NCBI GenBank assembly: GCA_010909165.1
Contig: VJWM01000117.1
Location: 248,001 to 312,000, forward strand
Reading direction: 5' to 3'
DNA length: 64,000 nucleotides
Source of the DNA: Anthoceros angustus
Taxonomy: Eukaryota; Plantae; Anthocerotophyta
In this document: piece by piece, positions 23,761 to 36,432 of the stretch
Numbering within the stretch: the first letter of the stretch is position 1
Layout: each line of letters begins with the position of its first letter
Position numbers and translations under genes: made by a program
Notes under the pieces: model-generated
Seen by the model: the letters and a program-made list of their open reading frames with translations, nothing else
What the model was told of the DNA's origin: nothing
Database searches by the model: none

Positions 23761-24706
23761 GACAATGTTGATTGATTGAAGATTATTTGTCTTGTTTGAA
23801 TTTTACCTTTACATTAGTCCACACCAGTTTACCGCAATCTATGCAATTATCATATTTCAGTCTCATGACGGAAATCCGTCCTTAGTGGACTTAAATAAAA
23901 TTCTTCTTCTTTTGCTGCTACATATAAGAGACATATAAAGCTCTTCCTACACACCTAAAAGCTGCCTCATGAAAGGTTCTCTCTCTAACTCTTTACATCT
24001 GTTCGTTTCACCAAATAAAGTTCAAACCTAACGTGCCATCCGAATGGGCTATTTGATATCCTCGTACTCATATCTAAGGGGGGCCGCATCTTAATAATGA
24101 TCTTTATTTGGGAGTTCAATAATAATCAGTAACCTCAAGAATATAGAATATAAACAATAAAATCAAGCAACATTTAGCTATAGGTATTTCATAACTTGAA
24201 TTCATAATTTTGGCAAGAGTATCAAAATAAAATTATAAGTTCTTATTTACAATCATATGTAATTATTAATTTGATTGAGTCATTAATATAACATTTTTAT
24301 TTCTAGCTAAAACTATGACAAGTTTGCTAATATTATAGGGGGGTCAGCGACTCAACCTTGAGCAGGACTTTGGCTTTTCTTTCGTGGGATTTGCTTCTCT
24401 TTTGTCTCACTCTATCTAGGAGTTTTCTACCACTAAAGCTCTTGTGAAAATGTCTATCATGTTGAAGTCAATTTTGCTCATGATGATCCTGCTTATGGGC
24501 TTTCGAGGAGCTATGTGCCTCGTATAAGGTTCTTCCTCAAAGCTACCTCATATAAAGTTCTTTCTCTAACTCTTGACATTTGTTTCCTTTCACCTTCGTG
24601 ATGATGAACCTACATTTCATGCCTCTCCTAAGATCGTGAAATTTTGTTGGAATTTCATGGCTTTTACGACTTGCAGTAAATTCCCCAACATTGAGGTACA
24701 GTTTAT

Positions 24707-24860
24707 CCAGTTATACAAATAATTCAGCTTTTGGCTCAATAGATGTTGCCTCAGCCGCAACAGGCATTCTCGTTGCCTTTGTACCAGTTATACAAATAAT
24801 TCAACTTTTGGCTCGATAGATGTTGCCTCAGCCGTAACAGGCATTCTCGTTGCCTTCTAC
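24707..24860. repeat. 77 bp tandem duplication
   Basis: ccagttatacaaataattca..gttgcctcagccg..gcattctcgttgcctt at 24707 and 24784. Confidence 0.9.
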
Positions 24861-26316
24861 AAAGGACTGGCATAGTTGTCAAACCCTCATTGACATTCTC
24901 GGAACATTACGTAAAGGTTGGTGTTGGCCATGGCCTCTCGGCTTGGTGCTCTTCTTATGCAGCTTGGTTTTCAAAATACCACTTTAAGAGTCTCTCTGTC
25001 ATGTGCGGAACTCGTGGCCAAGACAAGCCCTTGATGATTGAACTTTGAGCCACATTAATTCCTGGCTAGAAGAGTTTTTAGCAGGTGGACGCTAACAACT
25101 CTTAGGTCATGCTCAGATAACTGAGATAGAGGCCAGTTTAGGACGATCATAGTTAGGCTAACCCTAGTTATTTAGTATAAATTGAACATTAATATGTATC
25201 ATATTCCCTACTAGAAAGGTACAAATGTGTTGAATGTCTTCATCTAATCTTTAAAAAATCCCGGATTACCATTTACCATTTAGCCCTTTGCACATTCAAG
25301 GGAGCAACGGCTTACCTGTCAATTTGGGAGCTTTCTGCTAGGTTTTCTGGGCCGCAGGCTGACCTGCAAACCGGATGATTTCAAACCTTACGTGCAATAC
25401 TACTCAGGGGTTAGGCTATACTTCCTTCCGTGAGACTGATGTAGTGATTCTACACCTTTCACGTACGCATGCAAATAGACATGTTGTCACCACTAAAAAC
25501 TGCTCATGTTGCATCAATGTTGCTCTCCAGGACAAGGAAAGATAGGCTGATATTATGCTACCTGACCTCCAAGACAAGGAAAGATAGGTTGATGTTGTGC
25601 TGCTTGACCTCCAGCAATGAGACCTGCACGCTGACGGGACAACTCAATGTGCATAACGTGACTCTGAATTGTAATGTGACGGAATAGCTTGGATGACTCT
25701 TTGTGTAAATCTCACTCCTACTTCCAACTCTTTCATTGTTAACAGGAACAGCTTTAGGTTTCTCAAGAGCTGTAGGGAAATATGGTTCATTACTTTCAAT
25801 AGCACGTAATATTGCTTTAATTTAGTAATTTCCGTACCCATTGTTCAAAAACTTGAACAATATGATTTAAAGGTGCGATTGTTGTAGCAACCATAGCTTG
25901 GAAGAACTAGCCTCGACACACAAGAAATGCTCAGAAGGCCTTCTATCTGAGAATCAAGAGATACAGTGATAGAAGGCTAACCTAAGTATAAGGCCGTATT
26001 GTGGTCTTCTGCTTAGGTTGGCCTTCTACCACTATTCTTGTGCTTATGGCTAGCCTTGTGCTTAGGTTTGGATTAATAGCCTGATACATTTATACATTCC
26101 CCATCCCTTGCAAGGCCATCCCCTACAGCTGGAGGAAGGCCCTATAGGCCCTCCAAACAATTTCCTTATCACGTCTATCAATCTCCTTTTCTCACGGCTC
26201 TTGGTTAAAATTAGCATATGTTTGAATTCGGCAGAGCGGGTTCCGCTTGGCTCGTTCTTGCTCCCGTTCACACATTTCCCGTTCATGGTGGTACCCATTA
26301 GGGAGGGTGACTGTTC

Positions 26317-27485
26317 TGGCATACCAAAGAGGACAGAGGGGACGGGGCACTTTTTTTTTTGCACGCGAAACTTTTCTTCATATCACATGGCTTGCTGATA
26401 TTTGCTTTGGTAACCCGACCGAATTGAAGTTGCCCAACACGGACAAAAAAAAAACTCAATCCCTCTTTTTTTTTGCACTGCGGTTCTTTGTGCGTGCACG
26501 TGCAATAGGGATTCTTTTTTTGCAGACGTAGGGTTACAGTTTACGTGGGCGGCAGGTCCTCGCGGCAAGCCAAGGCAGCCAATTTTAGGAGGCCAGCTCT
26601 AGCGAGGCCATCACTGCGTGCTGCACAGTGGGAGGCCTCCGGGTTGGTAGAAGGGTGGGAGCGGGGTAGTGGGTTGGGCCGGTAGTGGGGTGGTAGCCAA
26701 GCCATCCCTCTCTCAGGGCTTTAGGGCAATGGCGAGGCATGCAAGCCGATTTTAGGGTTGGGCTGGTAGCAGGGTGGGAGCGGGGTAGCATGGCAACCAG
26801 ATGGGGCGGCCGGCGCGGCGGCCAGGTTGGGGTTTGAAGGCCATGTGGTAGCATTGAAGAAAACAGACTCGTATAGGGTAGGCGGGAGACTCTGAAAACA
26901 TAGTGTCATGGTCTCTCAAACCATAGTGCCTCTTTGTTGTCAGGTTCAAAGTGTTGAAAGGTTTTGAAGCATATACACGTTTGGAAGAAAAAAAAGTGTG
27001 TGTCCCCTTTGGTGCTTGGCCGCTCTTGGTTAGGGCGCCAAAGCCGACACATGAGCATGTGTGGTGAGGTAGCACCTCCGTACTAGATTCAGTGGTATAT
27101 AAGAACGTATTGGATTCGGCGGTATATAAGAACATAAAAATGTACTAGATTCGGTGGTATATAAGAACATACTAGATTCGATGGTATATTCTTATAAATG
27201 CCTATGTATTGTGACATTTATAGATGCCTATGTATTGTGACACTTATAGATGCCTATGTATTGTGATATTTATAGATGCCTATCTATTGTGATATTTATA
27301 GATGTCTATATATTATGACATTTATAGATGCCTATGTATTGTGACATTTATAAATGCCTATGTATTATGATATTTATAGATGCCTATGTATCATGATATT
27401 TATAGATACCTATGTATTGTGACATATTGTACGAGTTTCGAACGAAAAAAAGTGCCCCGTCCCCTCTGTGTGCTTTGGTATCCCA
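26317..27485. mobile_element. Non-autonomous TIR element (MITE-like), ~42 bp imperfect TIRs
   Basis: Left TGGCATACCAAAGAGGACAGAGGGGACGGGGCACTTTTTTT vs reverse complement of the right end TGGGATACCAAAGCACACAGAGGGGACGGGGCACTTTTTTT; followed by TA. Confidence 0.8.
27193..27425. repeat. 26 bp AT-rich minisatellite, ~9 copies, inside the TIR element
   Basis: Unit tatagatgcctatgtattgtgacatt. Confidence 0.9.
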
Positions 27486-27954
27486 TAGACAGTACGTTCT
27501 TCACGAGGTTTTGTGTTTGCCCCACAATGATACCCACAGAGAACCGCTCGGGTTGCTAGGAGGGCGAGAAATACATTCAAGGTGAATTTATCTTATTGTG
27601 GGCATGCTGTGCATGCGACTTCATGTCGGTGCACAGAGGTGGCTTATCACCCGTTCAGAGCACACCCCCTGAGGGTATAACTTTGTTGGTGCGCAAAAAT
27701 ATCATCAGTCTGGTCCCGCCTTTTCTGGAAACACATTGGCAAGCATGCAGTAGGGACTTCCTCACGTGCTCACCATGCGTTCGTGTCCAGACCTGTCCCA
27801 TCACCAAAGCTGTTGCAAAACTTTCCTCATTCCTCGCGGCAGGGTGTGAGCAGGGAGATTCAGCCTCTACTAGAAATAGGGGCTGCGCAGAACCCACCAG
27901 CCATGGGCATGATAGCGAAAGATCCAAGTCCGGCTTAGCCTGACCTCTCAGATT

Positions 27955-30372
27955 TTACCTTTCAGGGGAGGAGAGACATATGACAAGGAAATAAATGAAG
28001 AAGCCAGCAAGTAGGATGCCACCGTAGAGCAAAGCTTGTGAATGTTGCACTGGTGCGTTATATTCCACACTGCAGCACCTCATCCTGTCCCTCTCCCCAG
28101 CCACCACTCGCTCTACATAAACCTGTGTGTGAAGCACCATCTGCAGAATATGCGATGCGTTTTTGTGGGCATCCTTGAGATGATGGTCGTAGAGCAGCGC
28201 TGACAGATCCACCAATTGGTTCTCCAAGGAATCCAGATACGACTCAATCCTCTCAACCATTTCATGAGGAACTGGTTCAGGAAGGTTTGTCGTATGCTTG
28301 TAGAACTTGTCCAGCCAAAGGGCTGACATCTTCTTCGATTTGCCTTTCACTGGCTCTCCAATCGGTGTCCTGAAGTACTCATTGACGAAAGTCTGCACAT
28401 CCTCTGTTGCTTTCCGGACACCTCTCAAGGCCATGTCTACCCGGGAATAGATGGCATTCCTTAACGCTGTATCCAACAGCAAGCGACTCACAGTGGAAGT
28501 ATTTGAAAAAGGACCAAAAGGATGATGACCGGACGCCCACAGCCAGTTAACCACTGGCCGGTCATGCACGTGTGATGCTCTCTCATACGGCGCAACCAAG
28601 CCTCCAACTACGGATGCAAGCCCTGCTACAATATGTCGATCCGAGTGGCGGGGATGGGCTTCCCGCCTCTTGGTCTCCGATACGTAGCTCAAAGGAACCT
28701 GCTCGCTTCCATGTTGCAGTACAATGACGCAATCATGACTGGCCCACCACAAGCTCTCCCCATCCATCAAGAGCCCCTCATCAACCCCTGCCAGAGAGAG
28801 GACAAAAACAGGAACGACCCTAGTGCCATATGCCCTTTTCACAGGGGAGGGCTTTCGAGATGGTCTCCTAACATCTTTCTTGGCCTTGAAGCTTGGAATC
28901 ATGCCATAAGAGGGAGCCCGGTTCCTGATGACACTGTCCTCTCCATCAGACGTGTTGGGTTGTCCCATCTGAGGCCAAAAGTACTGGATCGAAAGGGCAG
29001 GATCTGACACCTCCAATAAACCAGCAGCCAGGACATCAGCAGAGTGCAGCATTTCGTCTCTCAGAATAGCACCATCCAGATAAGTTCTGGTGCTAGCCCG
29101 CACACGGCCATCCTTCCCTGTTTCATGAATCGACTCACCACGGATAGCTTTCGAAACAGCGATAGCCAACCGTGGATGGTCATGCAAGCTGTGAACTCCT
29201 GCAACCACGACTGCCTCTTGCCCTGGCTGCAGCAACCTCTTCACCTGATGCTCAATATGGACGACATTTATCCCAAAGTTATTAGCTGCTTCCACCGGAT
29301 TCCGAGCATGATGGTTTTGCAGAACAATCACAGGTACCAGCAACCGGCTAGTCGCATCAAGAGTCTCAAACCTAACATCCGGAGAGATGACCTGCTCGAT
29401 AGCCGTTGCAACAAGCGCAGCAATTTGCCCGCCAAGAGTATCCTGCGACTCGGCCGCCTTAACCGGTGGCCTCCCCCTGGGAAACATTAGATTCCGCAAC
29501 CTCGGCACGGTCCTGTACCCTACGCTGCCTTCCTCCGAGTCCACTCTGCCATACGTGCAAGGCCCGGCAGCCAGATCAATGACCGCATACCTTCCAGCCG
29601 CAAGCCATACCTGCGTGCTACTCCCGCCGTTGTACCGGTACTTATACACATATTCGGCCTCCTGCTCTCGCAACTCCTGCTCAGAGAGCTCCAAAATCCG
29701 AGCGCCAACGGCCTCCTCCAAGCTGACGTTCACCTCAACCTTAGGATTCATCCTAACCTTGTCCAAATTCAACACAAAGATGGCATTCGGCACAGCGGAG
29801 TTCACAGAGACATCGGAATTGGGATCCTCCTCGAACAGATACTGGTACAGCCTATCCAAGACAGGCTCAACCCTCCTGGCCTCCACCTCGAACAGAGACA
29901 CCTCCCGGCCAAACTCCTGCTCCCTGGCCGTCCCCGCCTCCCGCATCTCCTTCCGCACCTCATACTCCACCGCAATCATCTCCGGCTGCCCCACGGAGAT
30001 CACGTTGTACACTAGGTCATGCTCGATGTCCAGGAGCTCCCCCGTCTCCAGACACGCCGGCCGGTGCGAGGGCTTGTTCTTCTTCAGCAGGTCCTCCAGC
30101 TTGTCCGGCTTCAAGCTGTAGCGGTAGCCGCCATCGCCGTTGAAGCCTACTAGCACCACGTTGATCTCCAGCGGCACATGGAAGGGCACCTCCGCCCGGG
30201 TGTGCAGCAGATTGTGAGCCTCCTTCTCCACGCTCTTCTTCACATCCTGGAATGCGCCGTGATGCCATTGAGGGTGGCCCGGGTCCCGCCGGAACGGCTC
30301 CGTTTTCCCCTCGCTTCCTCTACACAGCAGAGCCAGCAGCACAAGGCTGGCTACCACACTTCCCGCCGCCAT
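27955..30372 (-). CDS. Intronless KNS3-family (At4g16180-like) protein with signal peptide and C-terminal TM helix
   Basis: Uninterrupted ORF; MAAGSVVASLVLLALLCRGSEG signal peptide from the ATG at 30372; FRRDPGHPQWHHGAF...EVPFHVPLEINVVLVGF; C-terminal LLYGGILLAGFFIYFLVICLS. Confidence 0.85.
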   Translation of the reverse strand: MAAGSVVASLVLLALLCRGSEGKTEPFRRDPGHPQWHHGAFQDVKKSVEKEAHNLLHTRAEVPFHVPLEINVVLVGFNGDGGYRYSLKPDKLEDLLKKNKPSHRPACLETGELLDIEHDLVYNVISVGQPEMIAVEYEVRKEMREAGTAREQEFGREVSLFEVEARRVEPVLDRLYQYLFEEDPNSDVSVNSAVPNAIFVLNLDKVRMNPKVEVNVSLEEAVGARILELSEQELREQEAEYVYKYRYNGGSSTQVWLAAGRYAVIDLAAGPCTYGRVDSEEGSVGYRTVPRLRNLMFPRGRPPVKAAESQDTLGGQIAALVATAIEQVISPDVRFETLDATSRLLVPVIVLQNHHARNPVEAANNFGINVVHIEHQVKRLLQPGQEAVVVAGVHSLHDHPRLAIAVSKAIRGESIHETGKDGRVRASTRTYLDGAILRDEMLHSADVLAAGLLEVSDPALSIQYFWPQMGQPNTSDGEDSVIRNRAPSYGMIPSFKAKKDVRRPSRKPSPVKRAYGTRVVPVFVLSLAGVDEGLLMDGESLWWASHDCVIVLQHGSEQVPLSYVSETKRREAHPRHSDRHIVAGLASVVGGLVAPYERASHVHDRPVVNWLWASGHHPFGPFSNTSTVSRLLLDTALRNAIYSRVDMALRGVRKATEDVQTFVNEYFRTPIGEPVKGKSKKMSALWLDKFYKHTTNLPEPVPHEMVERIESYLDSLENQLVDLSALLYDHHLKDAHKNASHILQMVLHTQVYVERVVAGERDRMRCCSVEYNAPVQHSQALLYGGILLAGFFIYFLVICLSSPER

Positions 30373-31157
30373 GGCTCCTCCCACCTCAACATGCGCCACT
30401 CCAAGTCCGGAGAACGAAGCACATTCCTTCCCCTTGGGAGACTGAAGGCCAAGCCGGATTCTGTTCACACTTGCATTTCTCCCACTCATAACTGTTCAAT
30501 AAAGAACCGTTTTTCAGCCTCGAAGACTTTCTAGGCTCCAGCCCCTGGCGGCACACACCGAGCTGCATCTGCTTCAAGCTGCTGCGATTCACGAACTATC
30601 CAAGCCCATCCACTGTCCTCGTCGAGATGACAAGGTCTCGAGCCGCAACCTCTCACACCACAACATGCTACGCTAACCTTTTCGTGTGGGGTTTTTTTTC
30701 CCTCGCCTCTCCTCCCCCCCCAGTCCTCCCCCTAAGAATGCCATTCCAACACAGCATGTCCTGCTATATTGTACTAACATAGTAGCACATCGAGGTCATT
30801 AGTATAGCATGTGGTAGGAAAGCCCGCAACGTCTCACAGCCTTCGAGAGTTTCGAAAGCGTCGTCGGAAATGCGTCATCCGAGCAAGGAAAGTTGATGAG
30901 GCGAAAGGCTTGCGAGGAAACTGTTAGTACCAGCCGTCGGCATAGCGAATTGAGGATTGCATCAAAACGGGCTCGGAAGCAGCAGATGGATCATTCAGTC
31001 GTTCCGGCTTGGCATCGATTCCGTTCAAGAGTGGGGCAGACGACGGAGGCAAGGGAGGGGAGAAGGGGGGCACGTAAACCCTATTGGAACCGCGGGTTAG
31101 GTTAACTGGCTGGATGACTGACTCAAGTTGTGAGGAGGCGGAGGGACAGAAGCTGCA

Positions 31158-32682
31158 ATGACGAGCAGCGGGGGCCGCGGGATTCTGAAACATGGCAGCA
31201 GCGGCGGGAGCGCTGGCGGAAGCGGGGGCGGGGGCGGCAGTGGCGGCAGCAGCAGCAGCAGCAGCAGCAGCGAGGAGTTCGACAGGGCGCTGGCCAAGGT
31301 GGCCGTGGTGCAGGTTTGCGAGTCGCTCGGCTTCCAGGGATTCCAAAAATCAGCCACCGATATCCTGACAGACATCTGCATCCGGTACCTGGTGAATCTG
31401 GCCAAGTCGGCTCACTCCTACTGCAATCTAGCTGGCCGGACGCAGTGCAATGCTTTGGATGTGATTCTGGTGAGCTTCTTGCTGGTAGCAGGAGTGTTGT
31501 GTTAGTGGAAGTGGTGAAGTGAGGGACTGAATGAGGCCGTGTGCAGGCGCTTGAGGATTTAGGCACGGGGCCGCGGACAGTTTTGGACCCCTCTCGTTCA
31601 ATTTCGGCCTCGTCTGCTCTGCGAGACGTGATCAAGTACGTGGAGTATACTGAGGAAATTCCGTTTGCCAGACCGGTGCCGAGGTTCCCGGTGTCCAAGA
31701 AACGAGCTCTTGCTCCGAGTTTCGCCGTCCTAGGGGAGACTCCTCCGCATCCTCATATTCCGGCTTGGCTTCCTGCTTTCCCTGATCCTCACACGTACAA
31801 GGCTACGCCCGTATGGAACGGCAGAAAAACGGACCTACGAGCGGATCAGAGGGAACAGGTTAGTTTTCTCACACCATCGCGTGAAGGTGAAATGGCCGCT
31901 GAGTTGCCCTGTTCCTCTGATGATTTTGACGGCTTCACGGATGCTTACAGGCAAAGCAGCGGAGGAAAGGGGAACGGTCACTCATGTCTCTTAATTTGGC
32001 TTTGTCATCTAGCGGAGGGGGCATCTCACCTGCTGAGGAGCCAATGAGGTGGCCTCCTACGGGACTGAGAGCGCCGTCTGCCGGGGTTCACAGCACAGGT
32101 GTAGGTCTGGGGCAGCCTTCCACTCTAACTTCAAAGCAACATTGGCCGTCGAGAGACCAAGAGCAGCAGCAGGTTGTCGCTACACTAGAAGCTGAGCAGT
32201 TGCAGAATAAAGCGAAAGGGAAGGGGACCGTGGAAACCAGAAATCCCTTTCTCGCAAACCCTGTGGCACCGAGAGAGGGGATTTTGTCCGCCATTCCCCA
32301 TTTCAAGAGCTCTTCAGTGGAGCCTCAGAGCAAGAAGATCACCCTCCCTTCTGCGGTTCAGGCATTGGCTCCTGCCATCCAGGCTGTTGCTGAAGAATCT
32401 CGAGAAACTAGTATTATGTCCTCAATGGATTTCTCTGCATTTGGTGCTCTTCCAGATGCGAAGGACCGGGCTCCCGTTCATCTTGCCTTTGATTGGGGAA
32501 GGAAGACGCGTGCTAATGCAGCTATAGCGAGGCTAAGTCTTGGACTCAATGATGCCTCTCTCAACAAAAAGAAGGGTATGCATGTAAACGGGAAGGATGA
32601 AGAGAAGGACGACAAGAGGAAGAGAGTGGAGCAGATACTTGCACAAGCCATGGATGGCTTGGACAATGAGGCCCAGGCCTAG
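31158..32682 (+). CDS. TAF8: TFIID subunit 8; exons 31158-31469, 31547-31858, 31951-32682
   Basis: Histone-fold/Bromo_TP EFDRALAKVAVVQVCESLGFQ...GRTQCNALDVIL|ALEDL, TAF8_C HPHIPAWLPAFPDPHTY, AKQRRKGERSL; GT-AG introns keep the frame. Confidence 0.92.
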
Positions 32683-33020
32683 GAGGTGGTGGACATCTTC
32701 TTGAGCGGACCGTGCCTTTTTTACAACGTGAGATTTCTACCCGTGTTAACCAGAACATGCACTTAGAGATGTGCATTATGTGCACCTCAGTTGCTTTGAT
32801 CACATTCCTTTGGTTATCACGATGGAGGATAAGTATGGTGCCGTTGATTGGCAGTGATGTTGCAGCCAGACTAGGCTGGATACCTCCGGAAGGACGTCGG
32901 GTTCCACATTTTGCTCTTCAAATTCAATGGAGAATGCATACTTGCTTGGCGTCAATTGTCGACGGCTCGGCAGTTGGACATGTGCTATCCGTAAGAGCTT
33001 CGACCCTGCAGCGATATGGA

Positions 33021-33203
33021 GGTTGGCACTTGCTCAAACATACTCGTTTATGTTTACAGATGCAAGAACTCCATAGAATGCACTGCTGAAAACCCGTAGT
33101 CGGCCTGTGCGGGATGAAGGTTGGCACTTGCTTAAACATACTCATTTATGTTTACAGCTGCAAGAACTCCATACATGCACTGCTGGCAACCCGTAGTCGG
33201 CCA
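33021..33203. repeat. 98 bp tandem duplication downstream of TAF8
   Basis: ggttggcacttgct.aaacatactc.tttatgtttacag.tgcaagaactccata at 33021 and 33119. Confidence 0.85.
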
Positions 33204-34469
33204 AGTGCCATGTGCCGCCATGGGTGCAGTTGCAATCAGCAGGCTCCTGTCTTTGCCTAGTGTTCACTGCGCCGAGGGAGGGTGGCATGTCTTGCCGCCA
33301 AATCTGATAAGGGGTCAGTTTTCAGGCGTACGCCACACATGGACGCATGGACGAGTACCTTGCCGTCCCATGAGTGCGGAGCTAACCGCTTGCTACTTGA
33401 GCTGTCAATTGTAGCGTCTGCGGTCTTCTTCTGGGGAAGGCGTTAAGAAGCTGTTGGTGGTCTCTCGCCGGGCCTGAGAGCGTCACGAGTTCATCAGAGC
33501 GTACGTACTACACGAAAGTGCGTACATTCTGCAGGATAAGTACTAAGTAACCTCGAAACTCCATTAGGTACTATTTGCATTTTTCTAACCATTACCAAAT
33601 TCTTTTGTCCTCACTCTCCTCTTTGTCCTGTTGATCTATTACAGTGTGTGGGTTTTAGATCCGTAGTATCAATAGCATCATTTACAACCCGCCTATTAAA
33701 TGTTTCTAGCGAATAGGCTTTATCCGTCTCTCAATTTTCAAATGCACCCAAAGTAACGCCTGGTTGTCCAAGTAAAATACTATATCTAGTCGGCCAGGAA
33801 ACACGTTTAGTGCCTTCTGTCAGGAATACCCAGTGCCTAGGTTATGGAAATTATGAACCTCAGAACTGGTTCGGGGATACTCAGTAAGAGATATTTTTTA
33901 TCGAAATTTGCAAATCGAAGAGGCTAAGCTCTTTCGCAAAATGTTACGTAAGGATTTGACCATCAAATTTATGAGGAGATCAACCCGAGAAGGATGAAAC
34001 TGAAAATGGTTTTTTTTGCAGAAACCCAGTTTTCTTTAGTTTTCACTGTTATTAAGATTTTTTTCTTCCAAAAAACTTGGGGCTCATAAACCTGTACAAG
34101 ACCTTTGTAATGCACCTTCCCGCTGCCCATTTGGTCGAGTACAAACCACATAGTAGCATGCGCTTCTTTCCATCCCCTTCGATGTCAATATATCAAAATT
34201 CATGGTTTATTAAAATTGCTGAATGAAAAAAGTTGCTTAAAATATGTTCATGATAGTCACACCTAGCCCGGGAGACCACACAAAAAACTAAGGGGCTGTT
34301 CATTTTGGAAAAGAAAAAAGATACAAGCCTAAATGATTGCCTTGGCTTCACAACTTCCAACCTTCACCAAACCAAACTAACCATACATCTAACTACAGCC
34401 CAGTCCGCGCCACACCGTCGCGCATGGACGACCTTTAAGTTCGGCACACAGCCTCCGAGCGCAAAACTT

Positions 34470-34795
34470 GAAGGCCGATGGAACTCGATTAGAGCACCCG
34501 CTCATAAACTACACCTATGGGTAAGGAGTTTTGATCGAAGTTTCGTTGATGAAAGGCTGATGGAACTCGGTTTGAGCACCTGCTCATAAGCTACACTTGT
34601 GGGTAAGACGTTTTGATGGAAGTTTCGTTGATGCAAGGCCAATGGAACTCGGTTTGAGCACTCGCTCGTAAACTACATTTGTGGGTAAGGCGTTTTGATC
34701 AAAGTTTCGTTGATGGAAGGCCGATGGAACTCGGTTTGAGCACCCACCTCCTAAACTGCACCTGTGGATAAGACGTTTCGATTGAAGTTTGGTAC
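34470..34795. repeat. 82 bp minisatellite x4
   Basis: The atggaactcg anchor recurs with exact 82 bp period (units at 34477, 34559, 34641, 34723). Confidence 0.92.
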
Positions 34796-35534
34796 TTTTT
34801 AATAAAAAAATATCATGATATAGAGTAGAGAAGTTCACACATAAGGCAACTTTGTGCTAAATTGGTGTTGTATAACTTTTGCTCAAAAAGGCACTCAAAA
34901 ACTCGTTTTGAGTGGCATTGTCTTTCTAGGGTTAACAACAAATGCGGATGTGGTGCAGATAGTTCATCATATCACTTAGTTTATTCAAAAAATTCTCCAC
35001 TCGGCTCATATGCGGCTGTGTAAGTTGTCGATGGGCCCCGACGACCTACGTAAGGCCTAGGCAATGGGCTACAGGCACACACATTTATTTGTTGCTCATG
35101 TTACCACGATTCCTCGTAAAGCTAGAAGTCATAGAAGCAAAAGAAAGGAAGTCAAGAACATACCATGTGATGAACAAAAGCACCCATACCAAATTATCAT
35201 GAAAAGACAAGATGACCAAAATCATGTCATAGCTAACTGTGTTTGGCATCACATAATAAGTCTTAATTTTTTTACCATTGGCGGATCACTTTTGTTTGGA
35301 AACTTACCGTTCAAAGAACTCTACAATTATTATTGGTTTAGTTTTTTTTTTCTTCAAATCTTGTGCCCTTTCTTCGATGCCCCGACTTAGATCTTCTCCT
35401 CCACAAGCTTTTGGAGCATTAACATTTTGGAAAATGGGAAAAGAAGACTTTATTATAAAAAAGAGATAGCAAAAACCCATCCACCCCAAAAATAAAGGGG
35501 AAAAAACCCAACGAAGGGCACCATGCCAGGGGGA

Positions 35535-36432
35535 CTAGCCCCCCTGATCACGCATTTCAAAACTACCAACCACCCGAAGAACTTCGTGGTCAGGGATATG
35601 AAAAGGCCTACTTACCACCGATGTCGAAGAAGCTGTATCTCCCGCACTCGCTGTCGTTCTGTTCACTAAGTTGGCCAATGCCCTCTGCAAAGCGATGAAA
35701 ACCCTATGTCGGAAGAAAGCAACAATACAAGAAAGGGGGATGCCAACCTCATTCTTGCGGCTGTGATAAGCCTTGGTGCAGGCCTTGACGAACCTAGAGA
35801 AATCCTTGTCCATGGCTCCGTGAGTCTCGATGGCAAGGGGGACGAAGACGTAACCGTCATGCATAGGAGAGTACTTGTGGACCTTAGCCGTCGCGCATCC
35901 TTTCGCCGCCCAACCTGGAGGGTTAAGGATAACATGTTCGCAGACACTGTCCCGGGTGGGAACGGTTACAACAACATCAAGAATCAAACCGATCCCCGGG
36001 TCAAAAATAGATCGACCCGAAACCCCGGGGTGTAAGGCTCCTAAATGGAAGGAACCTGCCTTCCCTAGCAATAGAGAACATGACGTCCCAGACGGCGTCA
36101 TTAGACCAATGCACCATGGACTCTTTGGGCGTATTTGACTACGCAAAATGAGCAAAAAGCTCCGATACATATTCATACGATTGATTGAATAGCCGAAACT
36201 CACTATTAAAAAATCTTGATGGTGACTCCATCTGCGTATCGTTTTCTCTCTGTAAGCTTCTAGGAGTACTCAAGGTATAGTTTGGTGCCACATAGCACAG
36301 CCGATAAGACTTTGGATTTAGTAATGGTAGTTCGCCATAATGTAGTACAAGGCTTGAGTGTTGTGATAGACCCGTCAAGGCGCCAGCCAGCCAGTGCCCT
36401 AATGGGTCATTGAGGAGGCAACTGGTAAACAT
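35535..36432 (-). mobile_element. 3' fragment of an RLE-type (CRE/R2-superfamily) non-LTR retrotransposon
   Basis: DVVVTVPTR...AAK...AKVHKY...FVPLAIETHG...FFRHRVFIALQRALA is a restriction-like endonuclease pattern; a decayed C..DPLGH knuckle lies near 36400. Confidence 0.75.

Noticed and set aside
24900-26050. DNA transposase remnants
   Set aside because: No motif could be identified with confidence.
33255-33372. Tiny spliced minus-strand ORF (MGRQ|DLAARH...)
   Set aside because: The intron would be only 55 nt and the peptide 19 aa; no support without RNA data.
34470-34795. CRISPR-like array
   Set aside because: The whole 82 bp unit repeats with no unique spacers, there are no cas genes, and the context is eukaryotic. 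The same applies to the 69 bp and 26 bp arrays.
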